A stretch of DNA of 64,000 bases from Octopus bimaculoides (GCF_001194135.2 NC_069003.1:21420460-21484459); one strand, 5' to 3'. Shown: positions 1 to 11,885, counted from the first letter of the stretch. Numbers and translations are program-made. Notes: a model not told the origin generated them from the sequence alone.

Positions 1-634
1 TCTGGCCATTCATGAAAGGGAGGCAATTTACTAACATATGGAAGAAAGAGAGAACAAGGAGGAGATAGAAAACACAGTATGATATATAAATGAGTACGGT
101 GTGTGTGAGTCTGTGTGTGTGTGTGTGTGTGTAAAGAGGAAGTAATCTATACAAAGAAGATATTGATAGGAAGTGAACAAAAAACAGTAAGAGAGGCAAG
201 AAAGAAGTTGAAAAGAAAATGAAAAATGAATATGAAAAGAAAGAGAGAAGAGAAGGAGAATTCATACGAGTTGAGGTTACCATAGTGACCGTGTGCATTT
301 GAAGATGCCTTATGTGTGTGTGTGTGTGTGTCTTTCTCTCTCTCATATGTATGTGTGTAAATGACTGCAGCATCTATTACACTTAGGTACATAATATAAA
401 ACACACACACACATACAGCTTGTGCATGTGTTATTGAAAGTTCAAGTTTAAAAATTTTAATAAGTAAACATGTAGCCATGTGGTTAAGAAGTTTACTTCC
501 CAACCACATGGTTTCAGGTTCAGTTCCACTGTGTAGCATCTTGGAGAAGTATCTTCTATTATATCTCTCAGGCTGACAAAAACCTCCTAAGTGGATTTAG
601 CAGACTGTAAGAATGAAGCCCATATATATATATA

Positions 635-895
635 TATATCATCATCATCCTCTAATGTCCATTTTTCATGCTGGCATGGGTTGGCTGGTTTGACTAGAGC
701 TGGCAAGCAAAAGAACTGTACTAGGTTCCAGTCGGATTTGGGTTGGTTTCTATGGCTGGATGCCCTTCCTGAAGCCAACCGCTTAAAAAAGTATGCTAGG
801 TGCGTTTTGCATGACACCATGCATGCCAGCATGGGTACTATTAATACTTGGCCTTGACATGTGTGCTTTTTACATGGTACCAGCATGGGTGCTAT
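635..895 (-). mobile_element. RTE-type LINE 3' tail
   Basis: (CAT)n followed by CCATGCT..CATGGGTTGG and GGATGCCCTTCCT..GCCAACC, as in copies at 21952, 32800 and 47575. Confidence 0.7.
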
Positions 896-976
896 ATGTG
901 TGTGTGTGTGTGTTTGTATGAGTGTGTGTGCTTGTGTGTGTGTGTCTCCTTGTCTCGACATTGTGTAATAGTTGTA

Positions 977-2519
977 TTGGCTCATCCCATAAATAATGCA
1001 GAACGAAAAGTCAAAGGGGGACAGGATAAACTACCTCCATCAACTTCCTATAAAAGCAGGTAGTAATTTTACCTTATCCTTATTCTTAGTGCAAGTTTTG
1101 AAGAGTGCAATTCGATTTTAACAGTTGTTTTGTCAAGGCTATATTGGAAGTGACAAAGAAGCATATTCAGCATATTTTGCATTATGAGTTCAGTAAAGGC
1201 AACAATGGCAACAGAAAGTGCAAGGAACATTAATACAGTATATGGGGATCAGAAAATAAGCGTAAGCCAATGTCAATGGTGGTTGCAGAAATTCCAAGCT
1301 GGAAACTACAGCCTAGAAGACCAGCCTCGTCCTGGAAGATCTGTAGAGCTCGATGAGGATGTCCTGTGAACTCTGGTGGAACAAAATCCCATCATAACTG
1401 TTGAGGAACTAGCAGAGAAGCTTAGATTTGGTCATTCAACCATTCATCGACACCTGCGTGCATTTGGAAAAGTCAGAAAATTGGGTCAATGGGTTCCTCA
1501 CAAACTTTCCAAGTCTAATCACACACACAGAGTGAATGTGTGCTCTTCTTTGCTGTCATGTCTCACGAATGAACTCTTTTTGGACCGAACAGTGAAATGG
1601 ATTCTCTATAAAAATGTCAAGTGGTGAAGACAGTGGGTAGAGAAAGGNNNNNNNNNNNNNNNNNNNNNNNNNNNNNNNNNNNNNNNNNNNNNNNNNNNNN
1701 NNNNNNNNNNNNNNNNNNNNNNNNNNNNNNNNNNNNNNNNNNNNNNNNNNNNNNNNNNNNNNNNNNNNNNNNNNNNNNNNNNNNNNNNNNNNNNNNNNNN
1801 NNNNNNNNNNNNNNNNNNNNNNNNNNNNNNNNNNNNNNNNNNNNNNNNNNNNNNNNNNNNNNNNNNNNNNNNNNNNNNNNNNNNNNNNNNNNNNNNNNNN
1901 NNNNNNNNNNNNNNNNNNNNNNNNNNNNNNNNNNNNNNNNNNNNNNNNNNNNNNNNNNNNNNNNNNNNNNNNNNNNNNNNNNNNNNNNNNNNNNNNNNNN
2001 NNNNNNNNNNNNNNNNNNNNNNNNNNNNNNNNNNNNNNNNNNNNNNNNNNNNNNNNNNNNNNNNNNNNNNNNNNNNNNNNNNNNNNNNNNNNNNNNNNNN
2101 NNNNNNNNNNNNNNNNNNNNNNNNNNNNNNNNNNNNNNNNNNNNNNNNNNNNNNNNNNNNNNNNNNNNNNNNNNNNNNNNNNNNNNNNNNNNNNNNNNNN
2201 NNNNNNNNNNNNNNTGCTCCACACACCATATTCGCCAGACATTTCTCCATTTGATTATCATTTATTCCGTTGTTTTCAAAATCATGTGGTATGAAAAAAA
2301 TATGAATTCTGTAGTTGAGGTCAGAACAATACTGGAGGAGTATTTTACATCACGGACAAGGGAATTTTGGAAGAGGGGCCTTACAAGTCTACAAGATAGA
2401 TGGAAGAGCATTGTAGAAAATGAAGGAGAGTATAATTTAGATTAAAAAAAGAAATTTATCTTAATTTTGAAAAATAAAAGAAGTATAAAAAAAACTGCAT
2501 CATTTATGGGATGATCCAA
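977..2519 (+). mobile_element. Decayed mariner (Tc1/mariner) transposon
   Basis: 25-bp TIRs (TTGGCTCATCCCATAAATAATGCAG / CTGCATCATTTATGGGATGATCCAA, 2 mismatches) with TA on both sides. Frameshifted transposase with WVPH(K)L and PYSPDISPFDYHLF motifs. The middle lies in the N-gap. Confidence 0.95.
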
Positions 2520-2964
2520 TAGATTAGTGTTGTTATCATAAAAGCAGTGTCATTCATTGCCAATACTTTGTGAAAACATGTTAAGCAATGGAGATGTAAC
2601 ACCATAACACCATGCTTGAAAACAGATGAAAGCTGGCAACAAGAAGGACATCCGGCTGTAGAAAATCTGCCTCAATAAACTCATCTGACCCACATAAGAA
2701 TGTTAAATGATGATAATCATGAAGAGGAGGAGGACTACATCACCGAGCCAGTCTTGATACATATGATACTACAACAATCACTCTAACCTTGTTTACATTC
2801 ATTTTGCAGGAAGTGAGTCACTCTCTAATGTAAGAGATAAAATTCTAATGCTTTCTGCTTTCATTCACTTCAGAATTGTTACAAGATGTTAAGAGTGGAA
2901 ACAATGTACACTAGCAAAGGACAAGAGCCTCAGCCCTTTCTAAGGTTCATAAAGTAATCCTTAC

Positions 2965-3083
2965 CTTGTATATTCCTCTTCCAGCAAACCAGGGTCAGGG
3001 GTATAGAATTTAACAGCAAATCGAAACTCAACATCTGTGTTTGGAATTTGTTTTAAAATGGGTTTCTCTCGATCCAGCCAACA
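2965..3083 (-). CDS. FARP: Internal FERM F1/F2 exon (CWLDREKPILKQIPNTDVEFRFAVKFYTPDPGLLEEEYT-R)
   Basis: TTACAG acceptor and AG|GTAAGG donor. 119 nt, phase 0-2. WLD..KPI.KQ and VKFYTPDP..LEEEYTR are characteristic of FARP/Cdep-type FERM domains. Not in the ORF track because there is no ATG. Confidence 0.93.
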
Positions 3084-3085
3084 CT

Positions 3086-3126
<41 letters not shown>

Positions 3127-3254
3127 TATAATAATAATTTATTCTTTTATTGGCCACAAGGGTTAATATAATTTATACATAAAAGACAACACAAGACAAT
3201 GCAAAGGGTTTTCATATTCGTGTAAACATTAAATAATAATAACAACATAGATAT

Positions 3255-3475
3255 AGAAAAATAGAAAAGTATCAGGACCTCCCCATTGAATTACAGAGAC
3301 TATGGAAAGTATGGGTAAAACGTATTCCAGTAGTTATAGGTGTAGTGGAAAATGTCCCTAAAGATTTAGATAGAGGAAATAGGCATAAGACCCAGTTTAG
3401 TACAGCTCCAGAAAATTGTGTCATCAGGGACAGCTAGGTTACTTAGGAGGGTTCTTGGCATCTAAGGGTCCTTGT
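3255..3475 (+). mobile_element. 3' end of an R4/Dong-like (restriction-like endonuclease) non-LTR retrotransposon
   Basis: Translates as KIEKYQDLPIELQRLWKVWVKRIPVVIGVVENVPKDL...LQKIVSSGTARLLRRVLGI*, the K..KY..L and LQK....GTA..LR.VL C-terminus of RLE elements. Confidence 0.75.
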
Positions 3476-3547
3476 AGGACCATGTTAGGAATTTTTCTTT
3501 TCCATCAGTCTAATTTGTTGTGTGTATATGAATAACAACAACAACAA

Positions 3548-3745
3548 TCCTTTTCTCTATGGGCTGGAAATTTGGGAGAAGGGGAGGTGCTGGTCAATTA
3601 CATTGACCCCAGTTTTCAACTGGTACTTATTTTATGGACCATGAAAGTCAACCTTGGTGGAATTTGAACTCAGAACATAGTGACAGGTGAAATACAGCTA
3701 AGCATTTCATCAAGTGTGCTACCAATTCTGCCATCATGCCACCTA

Positions 3746-3796
<51 letters not shown>

Positions 3797-4010
3797 CTTT
3801 TCTACTATAGGCAGAAGGTCTGAAATTTGGGGGGAGGAGGATAATCAATTACATCAACCCCAGTACTTGAGTGATACTTAATTTATTCACCCTGAAAGGA
3901 TGAAAAGCAAAGTTGACCTTGGTGGGATTTGAACTCAGAACATAAAGATGGACAAAATGCCACTCGGCATTTTGCCCAGCATGCTAACAATTTTGCTAGC
4001 TTGCCACCTA
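3548..4010 (-). mobile_element. Two tandem SINE family B (B2 variant) copies separated by (AAT)n
   Basis: Both carry GAGTTCAAAT(T/C)CC (B-box) and GGTTGACTTTGC/C.TTTCATCC; (AAT)n at ~3750-3795 between them. Confidence 0.8.
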
Positions 4011-5559
4011 AATAACAGCAACAACAACAAGTGTTTCATTTCCTTGGCCACTTAGGTCAATCGTATTTAATTTCATCCCTGCATTCAAAATACTGAAATG
4101 TTAAAAAAACAGATTTACAAAAAATGAGGGAAAGGGTGAAATCCGTACAATATAGGGACAAGATTAACAAAGAGAAAAAAAAAAAACACATGATTAACTG
4201 AAATAGCTTAAAGAATATAGAAAAAAAAATGCAATAATTGAGTGCAAGATATATAAAACATTTAGAATTACCCTCATCACCACACAAAATGATCACTCAA
4301 TGGTTAGAACAGATTAGATCAAAACCCCACCACCACATCCCTACCAGCCACTCACTGTTCCTATCTGGATTTGATAGCCTCAAAAGTACTCATTAACACC
4401 GTTTGGGCGGGAATGACACAAAAATCATGGCCCACATCTTCCATTTACTCCTGCTTTAGCTCGCAGTAAAATTTGTTATTTACTTTTTACCAAAATTCTG
4501 TCACTGGCACAACTTCTGTTCTATATTCTAGTTTTATCTCATTTTCTGTAATTAATACATCCTTTGCACCACATATGCAATAATTTGTTTTCGGAGTACT
4601 AATTCATCTTCCAAAATGACTGGCAATTTCCTGTCTTCATCATCTTGTTGCATTTTATACATTTTTCGGTTGTGCTTGCCTTTCCTTCCTCATTGGCTCT
4701 CCTTCCTCCTCTGCTTTTCCTGATAATTTTTTTGCTACCTTCTGACATCCACTATATCCCTTACTGCCGAGTATAGTGTTCCTGTTTCTTGGGTTCCAGG
4801 ACTGATAATGAGACACATTCTCGGGTTGCTCATGGAGCTGGAATTGGTGCTACTTGCTATTGTTATGTACATAACAATAGCTCATATCCGTCCTATTGCT
4901 CATATCCGTCCTTGTCAGTACCAGCTAACACAGTTAGGAAGTTCTCGGTCAGTTGCCAGTGGCAACAGATGTCTGCTTTATGGATACATACCAACCTTGA
5001 GAGGCAAACATATCCATAAAGCTTGTAGTCCCTCCAAAACCAAACCAGGTGATTAGCTATACACACAACAACCCACCATTCATCATGTCTCAGCTGCTCT
5101 CATCAATTATTCCCAACACTCCAAATTTTCTGCCAATAGCCTTGGTAGGCAGTAAATTCCAGTCTCTGGTCCACAACCATCACCTCCAAACAAATAGGAC
5201 AAGTGCCCTTGGAAAACTGTAGGCAAATGTCAGGCATTGAATAGCACAAAAATGTAAAGAAAATAGGTCACAGAGTGGGGATTAATGGAGCATTATACAG
5301 AACAAAGACAAATATATCACAGGGCAAAGCCAAAGGAAGTGTGTCCTGGGACAAACACCAAAATGAAACTTGTAGCAGTGAAAGATTCAGAACAAAACAT
5401 GTTATGGGACACAACCTAAATGAAATGCCAGAGGGGAAGGCCCAAATGAAAATATACCACAGAGAGTGAGACCAAAAGAAGTATTTCAACGAGTGGAGTT
5501 AAATAAAGACCAAGCTGAGCTGGGAAACTAATTGTTTTAGGCAACCCAGAATTATAAAA

Positions 5560-6600
5560 GTAGACTGGTCACAAGGTTAAATAATGAGTCACATCATTAA
5601 ATAGATATGAGAATTGATACAGGATTGGGTGGCGGGGAACACCCTAGCCATGTTGTAGACAACCATTCTGACAGATCATCAACAAGGCTTGATGATCTAT
5701 TAACTAATCAACATGTCACTGCTCCCTTGTATATTTGGTAAGATTATTGGGTTGAGAGTTGTATAACATATTTGTAATTCTATGGTTGTAATGCATGTTA
5801 CATGCAAGATAGAAGGATGGTCTGGATGAACACTTAGAAAACATACACTTTCATGCAAATTCTGATCTTCGGTCATAGCCAAAGGCAGCTCTGAAGGCAT
5901 CAGAATGTGAGACGAGTACTATTGATGTGTATGTTGATCTGAGGTATTTGAAATGGTTAACTTCTTTAAGGACCTCGCTGTTGAGAACCATTGACACCTT
6001 TTCCAAGAATAGGATCCCTGCCATGAGAACTTTGGTTTTGGATGCATTTTATCTTAATATCGATTTTGAGAACCCAGGAGTTGATTTTGTTGGTAGCAGT
6101 TTGGAGGTCAGCATAGTTGTCTCCTAGGACCACTATATTGTCAGCATAGTAAAAGTTGATGGAGACAAAATTCAATCCCACCCTAATACCAGGAAACTCT
6201 GCCAGCACAGGTTTCATGATCCAGTTAATGGATAACACATAGCTATGTTGAACCCCAGAACAGACATCAGAAAACGGTGATTTTTGTCTATACCCAGATC
6301 TTTCAAACCCCAAAATATGACAACACTACTGCATCAATACTCTGCAAGTTCTACTTACAAGACGTCTACGGCAGCTTAGCCATACTTTCCATCAGTCTCC
6401 AGGAGAGTTCATTCACAAAGTGGTCAACTCAACACACCCACTAGACTGGCACAAACGAGCTGAAGGACAACTGAAGACATGACTGGTAACAGTAAAGGCA
6501 GATGAGCCACCACATCTATGGTCTTTGGCAGTGGAACCAGGAGTGGATCTCCATTACAGGCTTGATTGCAGTGGACCATCAGATATGGTCGGCATTCATG
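5560..6600 (-). mobile_element. Decayed RTE-clade LINE reverse-transcriptase region
   Basis: ORF 5966-6313(-) has SGVQHSYVLS (GVRQGCVLSP-like) and YADNIVVL (YADD box). Flanking frames give further RT/C-terminal remnants. Confidence 0.8.
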
Positions 6601-7008
6601 AAGGATGTGGTGAACTTGGCCGGAGATAGGTCAACCCACCCAAAGTGAATGCCACTGCAAATACAATTTCATATTGCATGCATGATTGCTCTGTGTTTAT
6701 GACACAATAAAAACTTTTAATGAAATAATTGCAGCAATAGTAGATAACCCATTCATCCATTTTTATGTTTTTACACAACACTTAAAGGTTCCATTCATTG
6801 TTGGATACGATTGGGGTTGAGGATAACCTAACAATAGCTAACTTCACGTCAGCAATGCATTTTGTGCTATGATAATGGATTACTGAACTGTCTAATTTAT
6901 GTCATTGTCTAGAAAATTACATTGTCATGTAATTGCAGCATGGTTTCACTTTAATATGCCTCAACCCTACATAGATCCCCTTTAATCAAATAATACATAT
7001 TCATATAC

Positions 7009-7049
<41 letters not shown>

Positions 7050-7865
7050 CACATACACCTATACACACACATACACACACACATATACATACACAGGCTT
7101 CTTTCAATTTCCATTTGCCAAATTCATTTACAAGACTGGTTGGGTTGGAATATTAGTAAAATACATTTTCCCAAGAAGCCACACATTGGGATTGAACCTA
7201 GAACGAAGTGGTTGAGAAGTAAGCTTGTTAACCACAAAGCTATGCTTGTACCTGCAATCTGATGGAAATTGGACTGCTAATGCTAGCAGGTCAAGTGACA
7301 ATGTAGACCTTTGTTCAGTGTGGCACAATGAGGCAAGAAGCTAACAACATGACTGGAAGGCAAAGAATGATGTTGTAAAGGAAATAATTAAGTGAGAAAC
7401 AAGACAAATTAACAGGAGAATAATTCCACGGATGGGAAGAAGGTTTGGAGACAATATGGATGGGTTAGAGAGAGGGGGAATGTGTCAAGGGAGGGGAGAC
7501 AGAAGAAATAAAAGATGTCATGGAGGGAGTGAAGAAGAGGATGAACAAGGAGTTCATTAACTGGTTTATGATGTAAATAACCATGTCTTTCGTTTAAGAA
7601 GATAATTACTAATACAAGACAAATAGTTAAGACATGATTGGAGCAGATAATTGTTATTATTTTCACAGGGCAAATAAGTGAGTTACATGACTAAATATAT
7701 AGGTACAGACATAGCTATGTTGTTAAGACGATCACTTTGAAACGACATGGTTTCATGTTCAGTCCCACTTTGTGAGACTTTGGATAAGTGTCTTCTGCTA
7801 TAGTTTTGGTTTGACTAATGCCTTTGTGAAGGAATTTGGTAGATGGAAACTGTGGGAACATGTCA

Positions 7866-7903
<38 letters not shown>

Positions 7904-8065
7904 TGTGTGTGTGTGTTTTGGTCACTATCCACCACCATCACTTCTTGAGAACTGGTGTTGGTTTATTTACACTTCTGTAACATAGCAAGTTGGCAAAATG
8001 GACTGACAGAATAAGTACCAGACTTGCAGGTTTCTGTTTAGAACCAGGAATGATATTACTGCTGC

Positions 8066-8111
<46 letters not shown>

Positions 8112-8369
8112 GGTGGTGGTGGTGGAGCTGTTTTAGCCCCAGATCAGCTTTCATCACACATATTTATGATCAAAGTCATTCTAATAGTGACTACTCTACC
8201 CAGACAGTATGTCTACACAGGGAATCAATTTGTCTCAGGAGATTTACAGGTCTGCATTTGAAAAGTTTCTCCCCAAGTTCCAAGCCTGTATTCCTGACTC
8301 TCCTACCTGTGCCACCATGTTCTCCAAAGGAAAAGCATGGGCTGGTGCAGTTTGGCACCAATACCAGTA

Positions 8370-8620
8370 TTGTTGGGAATGAGTATAGCATTGAATTCAG
8401 CATACAGATAGGAGTTCAAGGTTCGGTTCTCAGCCCACTTCTTGTTCATCATATCCTCCAGGACATAACAAGACTACTATGCTGATGACCTTATTCTTAT
8501 AGCTGGATCACTACCAGAACTAGAGAAAAAATATCAGGTGTGGAGGCAAGGTCTGAAACCAAAGTGCCTTAGAGTTAATTTAGCAAAGACCAGAGTCTGA
8601 GTAAGTAGGAAAACAGACTA
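8370..8620 (+). mobile_element. RTE-clade LINE RT fragment
   Basis: VGNEYSIEFSIQIGVQGSVLSPLL..., then frameshifted YADDLILIAGSLPELEKKYQVWRQGLKPKCLRVNLAKTRV. Confidence 0.85.
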
Positions 8621-9017
8621 ATCATTAATGTTGATGATGATGATGAAGGTGGACATCAACCTCACCAATCTGGCCCCTTCCTCCTGACAAAACAAAACAA
8701 ACAAATAAATAAATAATCCATACTAGAGCACCTTGTTTGTTTTTCTCAACCACTGAGCAGAATATTGGATGTTTTGAGTGAAAATATTTTAAATTCAAAT
8801 TTACAGCACAACATTCCAACAAGTCTATCAAGTCATTGCCTTGTTTTATTTTTCAACTGAGTAAATGGATAAGTCTACCATTTAGTCATTAACAAGAACA
8901 ATCCCTCTGGTAGGATTCCTGACAGTTTGTCTTTCACTACTCAGTTTGCTTAACCATTTTGGCATAAACCTGTCTGAGACTGACCCTGGTTCTATAATAT
9001 AAATAATCCTGTTTTAA

Positions 9018-9649
9018 CCCTTTAGCTTTCAGATTATTCTGCTAACCATAATATTTATTTATTCAAATTGGTTTGAATTAATCATACATTAATCATAGGC
9101 GCAGGAGTGGCAGTGTGGTAAAGTAGCTTGCTTACCAACCACATGGTTCTGGGTTCAGTCCCACTGCGTGGCACCTTGGGCAAGTGTCTTCTACTATAGC
9201 CTCGGGTCGACCAAAGCCTTGTGAGTGGATTTGGTAGACGGAAATTGAAAGAAGCCCATCGTATATATGCATATGTATGTATATATGTGTGTTTGTGTGT
9301 CTGTGTTTGTCCCCCCAACATCGCTTGACAACCGATGCTGGTGTGCTTATTTCCCCGTAACTTAGCGGTTCGGCAAAAGTGACCGATAGAATAAGTACTA
9401 GGCTTCCAAACAATAAGTTCTGGGGTTGATTTGCTTGACTAAAGGCGGTGCTCCAGCATGACCGCAGTCAAATGACTGAAACAAGTAAAAGAGTAAAAGA
9501 GTATCTCACTGCTTCTACATTTCAAAGACGTGATAGTATATTTTTAGGATGACATTGCAGGGTGGGCATGAGAGGCTAGATCTGGCCAGTTTGAACATAA
9601 AACAAGTAGAGTATTTGGTCTGGATATGGTCTGTTTAAATGCTAAAAGG
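9018..9649. mobile_element. TTAA-MITE family B (piggyBac-like), containing a SINE
   Basis: TTAA|CCCTTTAGC ... GCTAAAAGG|CTAA; body matches the uninterrupted copy at 17202-17414. Confidence 0.8.
9098..9501 (+). mobile_element. Full-length, low-divergence SINE family A
   Basis: GGCGCAGGAGTGGC.GTGTGGTAA head, GGTTCAGTCCC B-box, CCTTGGGCAAGTG, central (TA/TG)n and (GAGTAAAA)n tail. Nearly identical to copies at 21517 and 37611. Confidence 0.92.
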
Positions 9650-10403
9650 CTAAAGTGATCTAAATCAAAACTTACCATTTCTGTCCCAAACACCAGCTTA
9701 ATAATGACAAAGTTATTTTATTAAATTCCTCGTTACTTTCAAAATTAATTAACACAAAAGCAGTGTATTTCAACAGATGTATGGTGACAAAAGTGTAAAA
9801 CTGGTCTAAATTAAAACCTTCCCTCAAAATTCCATGTTATGTTCCAAACACCAGCTTAATTATGACAAAGTTATTTCATTAAACTCTTCATTATTTTCAA
9901 AATTAATTAAAACAAAAGTAGTGCATTTCAACAGAAATATGGAAATGAAAATGATAAAGTGATCTAAATTAAAACCTTACATCAAAATTTCATGTTGGTT
10001 TATGGTCCAAACAACAGCTTAATAATAAGTTAACGAAATTCTTCATTATTTTCAAAATTAAGTGAAACAAAGCAGAATATATTTCCACAGAGTATGGGAA
10101 TAAAATGGACAACAAATGTTTGGCTCAGCAGAGTTATTAGGGAAGATATACCTGCCAAAAGTAATACACAACCCTATAGAACCAAAAACCATTTAGCTGT
10201 GAAGCCTTATTCTCAAACACAGTTATGCCTGTAGTGTCACGTGACACAAGATCGGTCAACATGAAGACTGTGCCATGTGTAAGACATGTTGCAGATTACT
10301 TTAAATCAGATCAAAGTACAAGGTATTGTGGGAAATATTACAGAAATTCTAACAAATGTTTCATAGTCCTGATGAACTAAAGGCCTGATATGTTACCATG
10401 AAG

Positions 10404-10463
<60 letters not shown>

Positions 10464-10784
10464 AAGAGATGCTATGAAAAGGCTATTCCATCTCACTGGA
10501 TATGTTTTTGTGGATGGCAATCTCTATGTCAAATAAAACTGGAGGATGAGATATGTTGGCACAGCTATTTGAATGCTGCCTATTTGGTATTGCCAATTCA
10601 ATGCCGATTCCTTTGACAAACAAAATTTTAATATCTCATTTGTTCTATTCCTCTTCCTTCTCCTCCTCCCCTCTCTACAAATAGTTATATTTGTATGTGT
10701 AATGTCTCCCTGCCTCTTTCCTTATCTGTTTATGTATATATTCAGTGTGTACATGTGTTTGCCTCCATTTTATTTTTCTTTAAT

Positions 10785-11540
10785 GGCTGGATTCCAACCC
10801 GGCCCAGATCAACAAAATCCACCCAACATACTTCTCAGTCCATCATCACTGCTTCTATGTCCTGGATACATTTCAGGCTAATATCTGTGATCAAGTTGTC
10901 AATATAAGTGTGATAACATTTTCCTCTTCTTACCTTACCATGTAGTGGGTTCCACAAGACTAATTTGGATATTTCCAGTTCAGGAATGGTGCACTCAGTG
11001 ACCAGATAGTTTCAGCAGCCTTTACCTGATCTTTTCACTAACTTTCAGCAGGTCTTCACAAAGGCATTCATTTGTCATATGTTACTGCCATTTCCCAATT
11101 AGAGCCATTTGTAACATCCTTGAGTAGCAGCCATCTAGCTCGTTTGATAATTTCTTTATCAGTGCTCACATTCCACTGCCATATAATAGCACTGATTCCA
11201 CAGTTGCAATGAACAACTTGATTCTGATTCAGCTGTGTCAGCTTCCAAACTGCCATGCAGAATCATCTCATTCTGATAAAAATGAGTAGGCAGATGGTTT
11301 GGGATTGGAACAGAGGAGCTTTCCACTATTGCAAATTTGAAAAAGACTATCAGACAGTAGCCATTACTTCATCAGTCTGTAATCTTTACCTGATATACTC
11401 CAGTTATCAGACAATGAATTTTAGATCTGACCCAGTCACTTTCCCATTTGACCAGGCATGGAAGGTTATTTCAGTGGATTATGAAGCTGAGGTCATTTCA
11501 TCTCCACCAAATAACAAAACTCAAAAGAAAAAATATACTG
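10785..11540 (-). mobile_element. RTE/RTE-X-like LINE ORF2 C-terminal remnant
   Basis: Minus-strand frames read IKLFIATVESVLLYG, ELDGCYSRMLQMAL, ISKLVLWNPLHGK and TYIDNL, with stops and frameshifts. Confidence 0.8.
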
Positions 11541-11655
11541 GTTTTCTACAGCTGAGTGAACTGGAGCAATGTGAAATGAAGTGTCTTGCTCAAGAACACA
11601 ACACACAGTCCAGTCTGGGAATTGAACTCACTACCTCATGATTGTGATCCCAATG
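11540..11655 (-). mobile_element. SINE family E 5' part
   Basis: Reverse complement has TGGTTAGAGC...GAGTTCAATTCC...GTGTTCTTGAGCAAGACAC, as at 26005. Confidence 0.75.
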
Positions 11656-11780
11656 CTCTAACCAGAGCCATGCACTTTCTTATGTGTGTGTGTAACAAAA
11701 ATAAAATAGAAAAGAAATAAGAAGCAGAAAGTGAGGATATAAAGTAGTGTTATTATAAAGAGTATAAAAGTCTTATTTAC

Positions 11781-11885
11781 CTGTAAATTAGTTTCATCAT
11801 AGTACTCTAAATCGAAGTAGTCAGCTTCCATAAGTTCTAAGTACTTTATCACAGACTCCCAAAGTACACTGCCCATAGCTTTTGA
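11781..11885 (-). CDS. FARP: Internal FERM F1 exon (SKAMGSVLWESVIKYLELMEADYFDLEYYDETNLQ)
   Basis: Pyrimidine tract plus TTTCAG acceptor, and CAG|GTAAAT donor. 105 nt, phase 0-0. Resembles the 'KA.G.VL...V...L.L.E.DYFGLEY' FERM segment. Confidence 0.93.

Larger units (their letters stand above)
470..2715 (+). mobile_element. SINE family A variant with RTE-like tail, interrupted by an RTE-tail insert and the mariner
   Basis: tRNA-like head at ~470-620. The body stops at ...GTAATAGTTG|TA (975) and SINE-like sequence resumes after 2521, through GAAGGACATCCGGCTGTAGAAAATCTGCC to a (GAT)-like tail. Confidence 0.6.
8954..10105. mobile_element. TTAA-MITE family A (interrupted) followed by ~150-bp tandem copies of its body
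   Basis: TTAA|CCATTTTGG start. Body resumes at 9654 (AGTGATCTAAAT...). Three copies of CCAAACACCAGCTTAATAATGACAAAGTTA...TTTCAACAG at 9654-10105. Confidence 0.65.

Noticed and set aside
9654-10105. CRISPR-like or satellite array
   Set aside because: The units are whole ~150-bp MITE bodies without unique spacers, in a eukaryotic context.
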